64,000 nucleotides of DNA, taken from positions 37,388,001-37,452,000 of the forward strand of contig NC_086097.1 of assembly GCF_963921235.1 (NCBI RefSeq), in the 5' to 3' direction. The notes beneath the pieces are model-generated. The model had not been told where the DNA came from, did no database searches, and saw only the letters and a program-made list of their open reading frames with translations. This DNA comes from Mobula hypostoma. Lineage: Eukaryota. The position numbers and the translations under genes are program-made. Shown in pieces: positions 23,789 through 35,995 of this stretch. Position 1 is the first letter of the stretch; the number at the start of each line of letters is the position of its first letter.

Positions 23789-26570
23789 TAGACAATAGAT
23801 GGAGTAGGCCATTTGGCCCTTCGAGCCAGCACCACAATTCACTGTGATCATGGCTGATCATCCACAATCAGTACCCAGTTCCTGTCTTCTCCCCCTATTC
23901 CTTGACTCCGCCATCATTAAGAGCTCTATCTAACTCTTCTTGAAAGAATCCAGAGAATTGGCCACTACTGCCTTCTGAGTCAGATCCACAACTCTCTGGG
24001 TGAAAAAGTTTTTCCTCAACTCCGTTCTAAATGGCCTAACCCTTATTCTCAAATTGTGGCCTTTGGTTCTGGACTTCCCCAACATCGGGAACATGTTTCC
24101 TACCTGTAGCGTGTCCAATCCCTTAATAATCTTATATGTTTCAATCAGATTCCCTCTTATCCTTCAAAATTCCAGTGTATACAAGCCCAGTCGCTCCAAT
24201 CTTTCAACATATGACAGTCCCACCATCTCAGGAATTAACCTTGTGAACCTCCGCTGCATTCCCTCAATAGCAAGAATGTCCTTCCTCAAATTTGGAGACC
24301 AAAACTGCACACAGTACTCCAGGTGGGGTCTCACCAGGGCCCTGTACAACTGCAGAAGGGCCTCTTTGCTCCTACACTCAACTCCCCTTGTTATGAAGGC
24401 CAACATGCCATTAGCTTTCTTCACAGCCTGCTGTACCTGCATGCTTACTTTCAATGACTGATGAACAAGGACACCTGGATCTCGTTGTACTTGCCCCTTT
24501 TCCTAACTTGACACCATTCAAATAGTAATCTGCCTTCCTGTTCTTGCCACCAGATAACCTCACATTTATCCACATTAAACTGCATCTGCCATGCATCTGC
24601 CCACTCACCCAACCTATCCAAGTCATCCTGCATTATCTCAACATCCTCTGCACATTTCACACTGCCACCCAGCTTTGTGTCATCTGCAAATTTGCTAATG
24701 TTACTTTTAATCCCTTTATCTAAATCACTAATGTATATTGTAAATAGCTGCAGTCCCAGCACCGAGCCTTGCGGTACCCCACTAGTCACTGCCTGCTATT
24801 CTGAAAGGGACCCATTAATCCCTACTCTTTGTTTCCTGTCTGCCAACCAATTTTCTATCCATGTCAGTACCCTACCCCCAATACCATGTGCTCTAATTTT
24901 GCCCACAAACCTTATCAAAGGCTTTCTGAAAGTCCAGGTACACTACATTCACTGGCTCTCCTTTGTCCATTTTCATAGTTACATCCTCAAAAAATTCCAG
25001 ATTAGTCAAGCATATTTCCCCTTCGTAAATCCATGCTGACTTGGACCGATCCTGTTACTGCTATCCAAATGTGCCGCTATTTCATCCTTTATAATTGACT
25101 CCAGCATCTTCCCCACCACTAATGTCAGACTAACTGCTCTACAATTGCCTGTTTTCTCTCTCCCTCCTTTCTTAAAAAGTGGGATAACATTAGCTACCCT
25201 CCAGTGCTCAGGAACTGATCCTGAATCTATAGAACATTGGAAAATAATTACGATTTCTAGAGCCACCTCCTTAAGTACCCTGGGGTGCAGACCATCAGGC
25301 CCTGGGGATTTATCAGCCTTCAGTCCCATCAGTTTACCCAACACCATTTTCTGCCTAATGTGAATCCCCTTCAGTTCCTCCGTTACCCTAGGTCCTCTGG
25401 CCACTATTACATCTGGGAGATTGTTTGTGTCTTCCCTAGTGAAGACAGATCCAAAGTTTCTGCTCAACTTGTCTGCCATTTCCTTGTTCCCCATAATAAA
25501 TTCATCCATTTCTGTCTTCAAGGGCCCACTTTGGTCTTAACTAATTTTTTTCCTCTTCACATACCCAAAGAAGCTTTTATTATCCTCCTTTATATTCTTG
25601 GTTAGCTTGCCTTCGTATCTTATCTTTTCGCCCTGTATTGCCTTTTTAGTTATCCTCTGTTGCTCTTTAAGTTTCCCAATCCTCTGGCTTCCTGCTCATC
25701 TTTGCTATGTTATACTTCTTCTCTTTTATTTTTATACTAACCCTGACTTCCCTCATCAGCCACGGTCGCCCCTTACTCCCCTTAGAATCTTCCTTCCTCT
25801 TTGGAATGAACTGATCCTGCACCTTCTGTATTATTCCCAGAAATACCTGCCATTGTTGTTCCACCGTCATCCTTGCTAGGGTATCTTTCCAGTCAGATTT
25901 TGGCCAGCTCCTCCCTCATGGCTCATAGTCCCCGATTTTCCCTTCTCCCTCTCAAATTGTGGTTTAAAACTTATATTATGGTCACTACCTCCTAATGGCT
26001 CCTTTACCTCGAGTTCCCTTATCAAATCCGGATCATTACACAACACTAAATCCAGAATTGCCTTCTCCCTGGTAGGTTCCAGTACAAGCTGCTCTAAGAA
26101 TCCATCTCAGAGGCACTCCACAAACTCCCTTTCTTGGGGTCCAGTACCAACCTGATTTTCCCAGTCTACCTGCATGTTGAAATCCCCTATAACAACCATC
26201 GCATTACCTTTGCGACATGCCAACTTTAACTCTTGATTCAACTTGCACCCTATATCCAGGCTACTGTTTGGGGGCCTGTAGATAACTCCCATTAGGGTCT
26301 TTTTGCCCTTACAGTTTCTCAGTTCTATCCATACTGACTCTATGTCTATGTCCCCCCTCGCAAGGGACTGAATTTCATTCCTCACCAACAGAGCCACTCC
26401 ACCCCCTCTGCCCACCTGTCTGTCCTTTCGATAGGACTTATATCCTTGAATATTCATTTCCCAGCCCTGGTTGTCTTGCAGCCATATCTCTGTTATTCCT
26501 ACAACATCATACTTGCCAATTTCCAACTGAGCCTCAAGCTCATCCACTTTATTTCTTATACTTTCGTGCA
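23789..26570 (-). mobile_element. Near-complete but disrupted CR1 ORF2 (APE + RT)
   Basis: [73 protein letters not shown] ttcttta at 23782 and 26571. Confidence 0.95.
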
Positions 26571-27194
26571 TTCTTTAGCCAGAGGATGGTGTATCTGTGG
26601 AATTCATTGCTACAGATGGCTGTGGAGGCTAAGAAATTGGGTATATTTAAAGTGGAGGTTGATAATTTCTGGATTAATAAGGGTATCAAAAGTTACAGGG
26701 AGAAGGCAGAAGAACGGGATTGAAGGGGATAATAAAGCAGATAGAATGGCAGGGCAGACTCAGTGGGCTGAACAGCCTAATTTAGCTTCTATGTCTTATG
26801 GTACACTGAGTCCACCAGTTTATGGCAATCCTAAACTAATCCCATTTTATTCTCCCCATGATTAACTTACTGAGGAAGAAGACAGCAACAAGGTCAGAGT
26901 AGAATCAGGTCACTTGCACAGTGATCAATGGCTCCACTAACTGTACCACCGCACTGCCATTTACTCCTCTGCCCAGGTTACCAAGCCCTAGCCATTCCTG
27001 TTTCCGATGACTAACTCTCCCAATCAATTCTCCGCCTCTGTCGCACTTTGCCGAGGTCCAATGCCAGTGATACAGCCACCCAATTTTGGAATCTTCCCCA
27101 AAGCCGAGCTGCATCGGGACCACCCATGTTGCTTATGGCTGTGATGTCCAGTGAGACTTAATATCATTTCAATTATGTCGAGCAACAGACAGTA

Positions 27195-27693
27195 GTAGAT
27201 ACAGCCCACCCACTAATAGGCAAAGCCCTCCCCATCATCAAGCACATTTACATGGATCGCTACCACAAGAAAGCAGCGACCGTCATCAAGGACATCCCCA
27301 CCATCCAGGCCATGCTCTCTTCTTGCTATTACCGTCAAGAAGGAGGTACAGGAGCCTCAGGTTCCACAGCACCAGGTTCAGGAACAGTTATTAACCCCTC
27401 AACCATCAGTCTTTGGAACTGGCGAAGATAACTTCACTCACCTCAGTAATGAACTAATTCCACAACCTACAAACTCACTTTCAAGGATTCTGTAACCTAT
27501 TTTCACAGTATTTTTTTTTTTATTGGCACATTTTGCCTTGTCTTGCACTTGGTTGTTAGTAAGTCTTTGTTTATGTATACTTATTCATAAATTATATTAT
27601 AATTATTTATTTTCCCGTAAATGACTGCAAGGAAATGAATCTCGGGGTGGTAAACGGTGCAAAATGGTTACTTTGATAATAAATTTACTTTGA
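27195..27693 (+). mobile_element. Rex1/Babar-type LINE 3' fragment
   Basis: aagaaagcagcgaccgtcatcaaggac...aggaggtacaggagcctcagg...tactttgataataaatttactttga. Confidence 0.8.
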
Positions 27694-27976
27694 GATACGC
27701 TAATGGGTTTAAAACAACAAGTCTGTTGAAAGTATCCAACGGATCAGTCACAGCTGACAAGAAGGAAGCTCTTCTCTAAGCATCATGTTCGAACTCCAAC
27801 AGCACCACCACGCTAGAAGATGAATCAGGACAGGGAAACTGAATTCCTTAATTCCAGGTGGCCATTCGTGAGGCTGATGTAGAAGACAGCAAGATCTTCC
27901 CTGTAGGCAAAGTGGATACAGTGAGTAAAGGAAAGTACTGGTATTGGTATATCATTGTCACATGTACCCAAGGGGG

Positions 27977-28350
27977 GAGGCACAGTAGCACAGCGGTTAA
28001 TGCATCGCTTTGCAGCACCAGCGATCAGCGATTGGGGTTCAATTCCCGCCACTAACCGTAAGGCGTCTGTATATTCTCCCGGTGACCGCATTCCAGCAGA
28101 CTCAATGGGCCCAATGGCCCAATTCCGCTCCTATGTCTTATGGTTTCCTCTGGGTGCTCCACTTCCTCCCACATTCCACGTGTTAGGGTTAGGGTTAGTA
28201 AACTGTGACGCGCTATGCCGGTGCCAGAAGCGTGGCAACACTGGCAGGCTGCCCCCCAGCACATCCTCAGATTTGCATTGTTCGCCAACGCAAATAATTC
28301 ACTTCACCTTATGTTTCAATATTTCGATGTACACATGAGAAATTAATCTA
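27977..28350 (+). mobile_element. tRNA-derived V-SINE with a short inverted CR1-tail insert
   Basis: ggcacagtagcacagcggtta...ggggttcaattccc head, V core interrupted at ~28090-28142 by CR1-tail-like sequence. Confidence 0.7.
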
Positions 28351-28417
28351 ATGATTAACCTTTAAAATTTTTGCATCAGTGAAAGGCTGGTCTTGCATTC
28401 TGTTCATACAGATCAAA

Positions 28418-28600
28418 TCAAGACACAGCGCATTGAGGTAGAATAAGGTAAATCAATAATAATGCAGAATAAAGAATAAATGCTGAAGAGAGAGTGCAGT
28501 TCAAGTAAACAATAAAGTGCAAGATCATAGCCAGGTAGTCTATAAGGTGAAGAGTCAATCTTATCGTATAAGAGGTCAATTTAAGAGTCTGATGACAAGG
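28418..28600 (-). mobile_element. Rex1/Babar-type 3' fragment
   Basis: cattgaggtagaataagg...gtcaatttaagagtctgatgac. Confidence 0.45.
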
Positions 28601-29334
28601 CTGGCCATCAGACTGAGCACAGTACACTACTAGAGTTTACTAGTCAAAACTTGCTAAATTTTCCATACCTCATCCAAAGGGAAGGTCATCTGATCTACAA
28701 AAATGACAATTCCATGCTTTCTCTGAATGTTTAATTCTCAGTAACCAGCAATGGATGAAAATTGTTAAGTTTTCACTGAGAACTACTGTGCAGAATGCAA
28801 CAAATCACAAGACTATAGCAGATATTCTAGTAATTTAAAATGAATTCCATTAATCAACCTTATGAGCACATTCAACATTATTACATTACATAATGGATTT
28901 GCAGTTGTAATTTTAAACAGCTTTATTAAAAAAAAACACAAAAGTAAGTAAAGCAATACTAAGTTGTCAGAAGCAGGATTTTTTAAAAAAAAATCAGATT
29001 GGCCCAGCAATAGTGTTTGGAACAAATTCAAACAAACACTTCCTTTTGTGTTATATATCCTAGGGAAACATAGCACTGGTCCTTTCATCCTCGAGGTTCT
29101 GCAAGACAAGAAACAAAGTAAAATATGGTAATTGTATTTTAACATTTTGACCAAATTCACTCAAGCACATCAAATCCTAAGAGTAATGATAAAGAAACTC
29201 GCTCAACGGGCACTAAAGAGAGACACAGTGACACACAAAGATACAGTCAGTCTGGTTACTTGGGTCAGATTTTATATGATGGACCTTACTTCTCACATAT
29301 GATTTCTGGATTTTCCATGACCCCATACTAACGT

Positions 29335-29598
29335 AACAGTACATTCAGCCAGACTCATTCCACCGAGATGCAACACAGAGCGTCATAGGAAGTCATTCCT
29401 GCCTGTGGCCATCAAACTTTACAACTCCTCCCTTGGAGGGTCAGACACCCTGAGCCAATAGGCTGGTCATGGACTTATTTCCTGGCAAAATTTACATATT
29501 ACTATTTATTTATGGTTTTATTACTAATTATTTATGGTGCAACTGTAACGAAAATCAATTTCCCCCGGGATCAATAAAGTATGACTATGACTATGACA
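29335..29598 (+). mobile_element. Rex1/Babar 3' end with (TATGAC)n tail
   Basis: RLIPPRCNTERHRKSFLPVAIKLYNSS; aataaagtatgactatgactatgac. Confidence 0.8.
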
Positions 29599-29654
29599 AT
29601 GAATTCCTGTGGCTAGATTTTCAGTCCAAAGTGAACAAGTTTTCAAATGGCAAT

Positions 29655-29875
29655 GCACACAGAACACTGGAGGAACTCAGCAGGCCAGACAGCTTCTATG
29701 GAAAAGAGTAAACAGCCGTTGCTTCCAGCCAAGACCCTTCATCAGGACTGATGGATCACAGCCTGAAACACTGACTGTTTACACTTTCCTATAGATGCTG
29801 CCTGGCCTGAATCCCTCCAGCATTTTGTATGCATCGCTTTGAATTTCTGGCATCTGCAGATCTTCTCAAGTTTTC
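29655..29875. mobile_element. Palindromic Penelope pLTR element (degenerate hammerhead at apex)
   Basis: Inverted arms around cccttcatcaggactgatggatcacagcctgaaacac. Confidence 0.7.
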
Positions 29876-30638
29876 AAAATATTCTGAAACCGAAATTCAG
29901 ATGCATTTAAAACACGCTAAACAACCAATCAACCTTTTTAATAATTGTTTGAAAATATTTAAAAAACAAAAAAATTACATAATTATAAACATTACAGCTA
30001 ATGCTAAAATTAAATAACTACAATTTATCATTTTTTTCTCTTCCTTGCAGCTACAAATCTGACTTTGAAATTAATGAGGTTGCAGATATTGTGTTCAGTC
30101 TAACCCAACTCAGGGTCCATGAGGAATTCCCAAGTATAATTCCTGAGAAATCTCTGCGAGCTGTGCTCTGCCAACTCTGTAACAAATTTGCCAGCTAGAG
30201 TACATCAGGAAGTTTGAGACTTCTGAGTTTGGATGCACATGTGCTGAAGTCCAAATTTGCTTGCATACCCAGGGATTATTGCCAAGATTTTAATGCAGCA
30301 CCGTCAGCAATTATGAGGATTTGCACTGAGGAGCTTGTATAACAATGCAAAATGGATGATAGAGAGTTGGCAACCCACTTTACATCCCTTGTTTTATTTC
30401 AATTGACTTCAAAGTAAATTAAAATCAAGCCATATAGAAAATGCCCACTCACAAACACTGATTTTAGACTTAACGTACAAACCAAGATGTGATTTCTACC
30501 TGATTAAAAACACAAAATGCTGAATTCTGAGGGAGGTAAACTGCTGAATCAAAAGAAGATTTGTAGGTGAATTCGAGTGGAAAGTCCTCAGTCTGTAATA
30601 TTGTTCCTTTTTTTCATTTTCCATAGATGCTGTCTGAT

Positions 30639-32031
30639 CAAAGCACAAGATTTCTTAAATCAGGAATCTTTGTATACATTATACTGTTCACTTATAGTCC
30701 CATACATGATTTACTGTGTAGAGTTATGGGGAAATACATACAAAACAAATACAAACTCAATTTTACCGCAAAAGAAAGTCATACGAATGGTAAATAAGAC
30801 TGCGTACATACATCTATTGATGCTTCTGGACACATCTTCAGTGAAGTTCCTGGAATCATCGGGTGTTTCGGGTCTTTCAACATCATACAACCTCCTCCAG
30901 GTGACCCAGCCGGGGCTGATCAGACCCCAGCTTGTGTCCAGATGGCTAGCTACTTATGACTCCATGGCTCCCCTCTTTTGAGCCACAGCCATCTTGAGGC
31001 CCTCTCTGCCGCATCGGTGGTACTGCGGATGGCTCTCCTCTTCCTCTCTCCCTCAATGCCCAAAACGCTGAAGGCTCTAACTAAAGAATGGGCTACGAAT
31101 CCCCTACAACCAACCTCCACTGGGAGACACCTCGCTCTCCATCCAGCCTGCTGACAGTTGCTGACCAGTCCTGCGTACTTGGAGAGCTTCCTTTCAAAGG
31201 CCTCTTCCAAGCGATCTTCCCATGGGACTGTCAGCTCCAGCAACACCACTTGCTTAGTAGACTCAGACACTAGGACAATGTCTGATCACAGGGTGGTGGC
31301 TGCGATATGGTTGGGGAACTTCAGCTGCCGTTCGAGGTCCACCAACAGCTGCCAGTCCCTTGCAGAGGTCAGAATGCCTGCAGATGTTCTTTTGGCAGGT
31401 ATTGGCAAGTTATTATGAGCCAACCAATCCACTATTTATTCCACTAAACACTTTAAAATTCAGAGATTTCGTAGATTTTAAAATAATACAAGCTATGTAT
31501 AAAGTAAAAAATGGACGGCTATCACGAAGTATCCAAAGGTTGTTTAAAATGAGGGAAAGTCAACATGATTTGAGAGGAACATGTATACTGTATTTCAAAA
31601 ACAAAGGATAAGAACAAATGTAAAAAATCATTGTATTTCAGTTAGAGGTGTGAATCTATGGAACAGTTGTAGTGAGAATTTAAAAACATACACCACACTT
31701 AACAAGGTTAAAAAATTATTTTAAAATGATTTAATGAACAAATATAAAATACATGGTTTAAAATGAATGGGAGTAATGTAAATAAGTGATACTTGGAATT
31801 GGATTTTGTGTTAAAAGATTATGAAATTTTTTGTTTTGATGTGATGATTGACGCCAGATAAGTAAGAGGGGTAGGCACAATAAGTTGTAGTTTCAGCCTA
31901 CACCCTTTCGGTCTGTTTTAAAGAATATCTATTGTTTTTTGTTGTAATTTTGTCCTATGAAATCATCATTGAAAATGATGCTTTTTGTTATGTTTGTACT
32001 GACTGAAATAAATTTCATTCATTCATTCATC
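30639..32031 (+). mobile_element. Crack/L2-group LINE 3' fragment with (CATT)n tail, split by Hero
   Basis: YTLYCSLIVPYMIYCVELWGNTYKTN..QKKVIRMVNKTAY | YEPTNPLFIPLNTLKFRDFVDFK; aataaatttcattcattcattcat. Confidence 0.75.
30808..31410 (-). mobile_element. Hero (R2 group, restriction-like endonuclease) non-LTR retrotransposon 3' fragment
   Basis: QVVLLELTVPWEDRLEEAFERKLSKY..WRARCLPVEVGCRGF..AAERASRWLWLKR; 3'UTR gttgaaagacccgaaacacccgatga. Confidence 0.85.
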
Positions 32032-32449
32032 TGTTGGGTATTTCCAGCACCCACTTTCATTTCATTTTGTCCTTAACAGCTGCTGTGTTGTTTTTCTTTC
32101 CCTTCTCTCCTCATTCGTCCTTACAGACCAGTTGTGATTGGCAAGCTTTCACAACCCTTTCAACACTATTTGCATCATTCTATCTGAGAATTCCCTCCGC
32201 CCCTCCACATGCCTGCAAATGCATGTTAGATTTCTAAGTTTTAGCTAGCTCTGAAAAAAGGTCATCAAACTGCTTATCACTCCACAAGTGCTGCCCAGCC
32301 TGATAAGTAATTCCAGCACTTGTTTTGATTTTCAACATCTGCATTCCTTTGCTTTTAAAAACCTTCCTGATTTCTTTCTACTTGTGCAACATATGTGGTG
32401 TCATCTTTTTTCTATTTTCAGCAATCCTGACTAAACATGCCATGTTTTC

Positions 32450-32760
32450 AAAGTTCAAAGTACATATGCAGTATACAACCATGAGGTTTGTCTTCCTACA
32501 AACAACCATGAAACAAGAAATAAAAACCACAGAACCTGTTCAAAGGGAACATCAAACACCCAATGTGTAAACATCAAAAAAATGAACGAAAAACACAGAA
32601 TATAAAACCTCAAACCACAGTTCAGTTCAGTTTGATTTAGCACTGTGTTGTTCACAGACTACAGGCTGCAGGACCAGTCTGTCCCGATGACAACAGCACA
32701 AAATAGCAATAAAAAAAGGAGTAACCAGTTTTAACAAACAATGAAACAGATTGTATCTAT
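32450..32760 (-). mobile_element. Rex-type 3' tail fragment
   Basis: ttcaaagttcaaagtacatatgcagtatacaacc...; resembles other minus-strand family tails. Confidence 0.4.
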
Positions 32761-33070
32761 GCAAACACAAGAAATTCTGCAGGTGCTGCAAATCCAAAGC
32801 AACACACACAAAATGCTGGAGGAATTCAGCAGGTCAGGCAGGATGTGTATAAAGGAATGTGTTTTTATTCTGGAGAAACATGGCATGTGGTGTGTCCAAA
32901 GGCTTTCTGTATCTAGCAAGTTCAATATCAACCTTTTCCCTCATCCCCTCTTTTTATTCTGGCTTCTTCCACCTTTCTTTCTCGTCCTGATGAAGAGTAT
33001 TAGCCCAAAACATTGACTGTTTAGATCCTGTCTCAGCTGCTGAGTTTCTCCAGCATTTAGTGTTTGAAGT
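32760..33070. mobile_element. Degenerate palindromic Penelope pLTR element
   Basis: pLTR inverted arm, GIY-YIG end remnant, cctgatgaagagtattagcccaaaacattgac. Confidence 0.6.
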
Positions 33071-33721
33071 TCAAGACCAATTCTAAATTTGATTTTCTGA
33101 AAGCTGCAAATACAAGAATGGCAGGGGGGAAAAGAACTTCCAAAATGCTTCCAGTCAACTCTGCAACCGAATGAACAAATGGTAAATTTACTTTTAACAG
33201 TAAGAAATATAAAGTACTCACAAATAAAACAGACATGGCATACGCAATTCATGAATGGAAACTGATCTTCAGAAGTATTGTGCAGAAAACTAAGGGAACA
33301 CAAGTAATAGAATATACAAGCAAGAGACTGGCCTACTGTGTTACCACCAGACCCTTGAAAAAAATGACCCAATTAACCCCCCTTCCTCAATCTTTCCCCA
33401 CAGTTCTTTCAATGCAGTTCTAGAAATGTGAAACAAGTGACCTAGAAATTCTATCAGAAATTGTAACAACTTTACACAAGTGCTGGAATTTTATCACAAA
33501 GTATAAGCGCTAAATATTTTTCCAGATTTACGTTTCAGGCCCTCCAGGATCCTTCAATCCACCTCCATCCTCTGATCCTATTTCAGCCACTGATGCTCTC
33601 TCTACCACCACAGCCAGCGTTATAGACTTCCTCAACTTATTCCAGTGACATAAGAAAGACTCAAGTGAGCACAACTGTGCAAGACTCACACTCAACAAAA
33701 AACTGCAGTTGGAGCCAAGAT

Positions 33722-34830
33722 GTCAAGTCAAGTCAAGTTTATTGTCATTTAACGATATAGATAGATAGATAGATATACTTTAATGATCCCGAGGGAAATT
33801 GGGTTTCATTACAGCCCCACCAACCAAGAATAGAGCATAAATATAGCAATACAAAAACCACAAACAATCAAACAACAAAATGCAAACTGTGCCAGATGGA
33901 AAATAAGTCCAAGACCAGTCTATTGGCTCAGGGTGTCTGACCCTCTACGGGAGGAGCTGCAAGTTCGATGACCACAGGCAGGAACGACCTCCCAGTGTTG
34001 TATCTCGGTGGAATATGGCCGAAGTCCAACAGTAAAAAGTTCAATATCTGGTCTACAAACACGTTCCTCGATCGTACTATGACCCGGATTGCACCATCTG
34101 TTGTTAACCAGAACAGTAAGCACCCAACTCCTTTACGCTTACTGCTCTCAGTGCACTTCCGGTCAGCCCGAACGGTCTGGAAGCCGTCCATGGAGAAGTT
34201 TTGATCGGGTATGTCCTCGTGCATCCCCATTCCAGTGAAACACATAACACTGCACTCCCGAAATATTCTCTGACGCCTGGCTAGCGCCGTGAACTCATCC
34301 ATTTTATTGCCCGCCGAACTCCTCTTCTCCATAAGTCATGTACATAACCATATAATGTATATAGAAACAAGACATTTCTCCGAACCAGGTTATAAAGCAC
34401 AGTAGTACACATAACACACATAACACCCGATAACTTATGAAGGTAAAGATAAAAGCTACAGATGAATCACACATAAAGTGCATTAGTATTAAATATTGTA
34501 AGGTATGGAACAGATTAACCAGTGACACTTCGAACATGGTGTGGCAGGGAGTTCAGAAGCCTGATATCCTGGAGGAAGAAACTGTTTCTCATTCTGTCTT
34601 GTTTTTATGCATCGTAGTCTCCTGCCTGATTGTAGAAAGTCAAAGAGCTGCTGGATGGATGGGTGGGATCCTTAACAATACTAATGGCTCTGATAAATGT
34701 TCCTGTGAGACCCCCATGATCCTCTCAGCTGTTCTCACAGTGCTTTGTAGGGAATTCCGGTCCAATGCTCAGCTGCTCCCATACCAGATGGAGATGCAAC
34801 TTGTCAGATCACTCTCAATGTTACTCCTGT
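33722..34830 (-). mobile_element. Rex1/Babar-type LINE 3' part with (TTGAC)n tail, interrupted by 33757-34330
   Basis: gtcaagtcaagtcaagtttattgtcatttaa...ccataccagatggagatgcaacttgtcagatcactctcaatg. Confidence 0.7.
33757..34330 (-). mobile_element. Second copy of the internally deleted Rex1/Babar element
   Basis: NKMDEFTALARRQRIFRECSVMCFT..DGFQTVRADR, fused to the 3' end at the same junction as 21887-22496; (TATC)n tail. Confidence 0.85.
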
Positions 34831-35574
34831 GACCATCTTACGTCAATAAAGTACTACCAATAATACTTCATTTCCCAGTGTAAAAAATAGATTACTTTCT
34901 GAGGAATTGGTTCTTATTAAGGAAAGTAAATTTGTTATCAACTGCAATTTTTTAAAAAAATCACTAAACTGGAGAGAGCAGCAAATGGTGTTACTGAGCT
35001 CAATGGCTCCAAAAATCAAGAGCCAAGCGACTGTAAGATGACTCTAGTCCAATCTCTTTCCGGAGTTTTAAATTAAAATATTCCATATCAGTATAAAATG
35101 TCATGATTCAATCAAATCAAATTTCCTTCATTGGCCAGCATTAGAAAATGCCTGGAATTAATTATAGTCAGAAAATGCTTCCATCCAAGGTTTTATTTTT
35201 TCCCTCAGTCATTAAATGAGAGGAAGCCCTGGGAAATTGATGTCTCTTTTTCTTACAGCAAATCCTTGTTCAACACATCTGGGACTTTTTTTTCCCAATT
35301 TGGCTCACCTTGAAACGATTGAAAAATTCTCAACATTTTCCTGGCAAAGAAAATTATACTTACCTATTACTGTTGCATAATTTCCAAGTGTTGCTATTTT
35401 ATATAGTCATTTGTGTTTATGTTTTCCTTGCAATAGCATGAACTGAATTTATATTGCTAATTAATGGAATTAACAGAACTAATTTCAATGCAGGTCTTAT
35501 TGTGCATAACACCTTACAGATGAGACACCCAATAGCTCAAGAACACTGGGAATATTGCAATTTATGACAATGCA

Positions 35575-35995
35575 ATGATTGACTTCAATCACACAAAACT
35601 ACTGTGCCATGCGAATGGCTTTTGGGACCGCCTGGAAGGAAGCCATTGAAATCAAACTAAAGAAAAAGAATTTGAGCAAAGATGAAGGTTTCGCTCTAAG
35701 TAAAAACTGTAATTTGATAATAAGCAAGGTGGGACACTGAAAACAAGAGAAACACTCAGCAGGCCAGACAGCATCAATGGAAAAGAGTACAGTCAACAGT
35801 TCGGGCACTTCAGGAGGACTGGAGAAAAAAAAAGAGTAGAGTAGCAGGAAACCCGATTGGATGTGGACTAACCAATCAGGAGGGACGGATGACGGGGGTA
35901 CAGTATATATACCACTGGACGAGACATGCCCAGGCATAATCCCTGATGGCAGAGTTTGTCATTGATAACAGTTGAGAAAAGTTTATTTGTCATAT
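35575..35995 (+). mobile_element. Second Penelope family (Poseidon-like) GIY-YIG end + pLTR, with a nested pLTR fragment at ~35740-35840
   Basis: IDFNHTKLLCHANGFWDRL.KEAIEIKL..N..KDEG.ALSKN; eroded hammerhead ccctgatggcagagtttgtc. Confidence 0.7.

Larger units (their letters stand above)
21590..26800 (+). mobile_element. Host CR1 (21590-21886, 22497-22778, 23637-23788, 26571-26800) split by three insertions
   Basis: Host sequence rejoins across each insertion; TSDs taactt and ttcttta. Confidence 0.75.

Noticed and set aside
27977..28050. tRNA gene
   Set aside because: The A/B-box-like head continues into the V-SINE core and gives no complete cloverleaf.
28184..28197. Telomeric repeat (TTAGGG)2
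   Set aside because: Only two units, inside a SINE body; not an interstitial telomere array.
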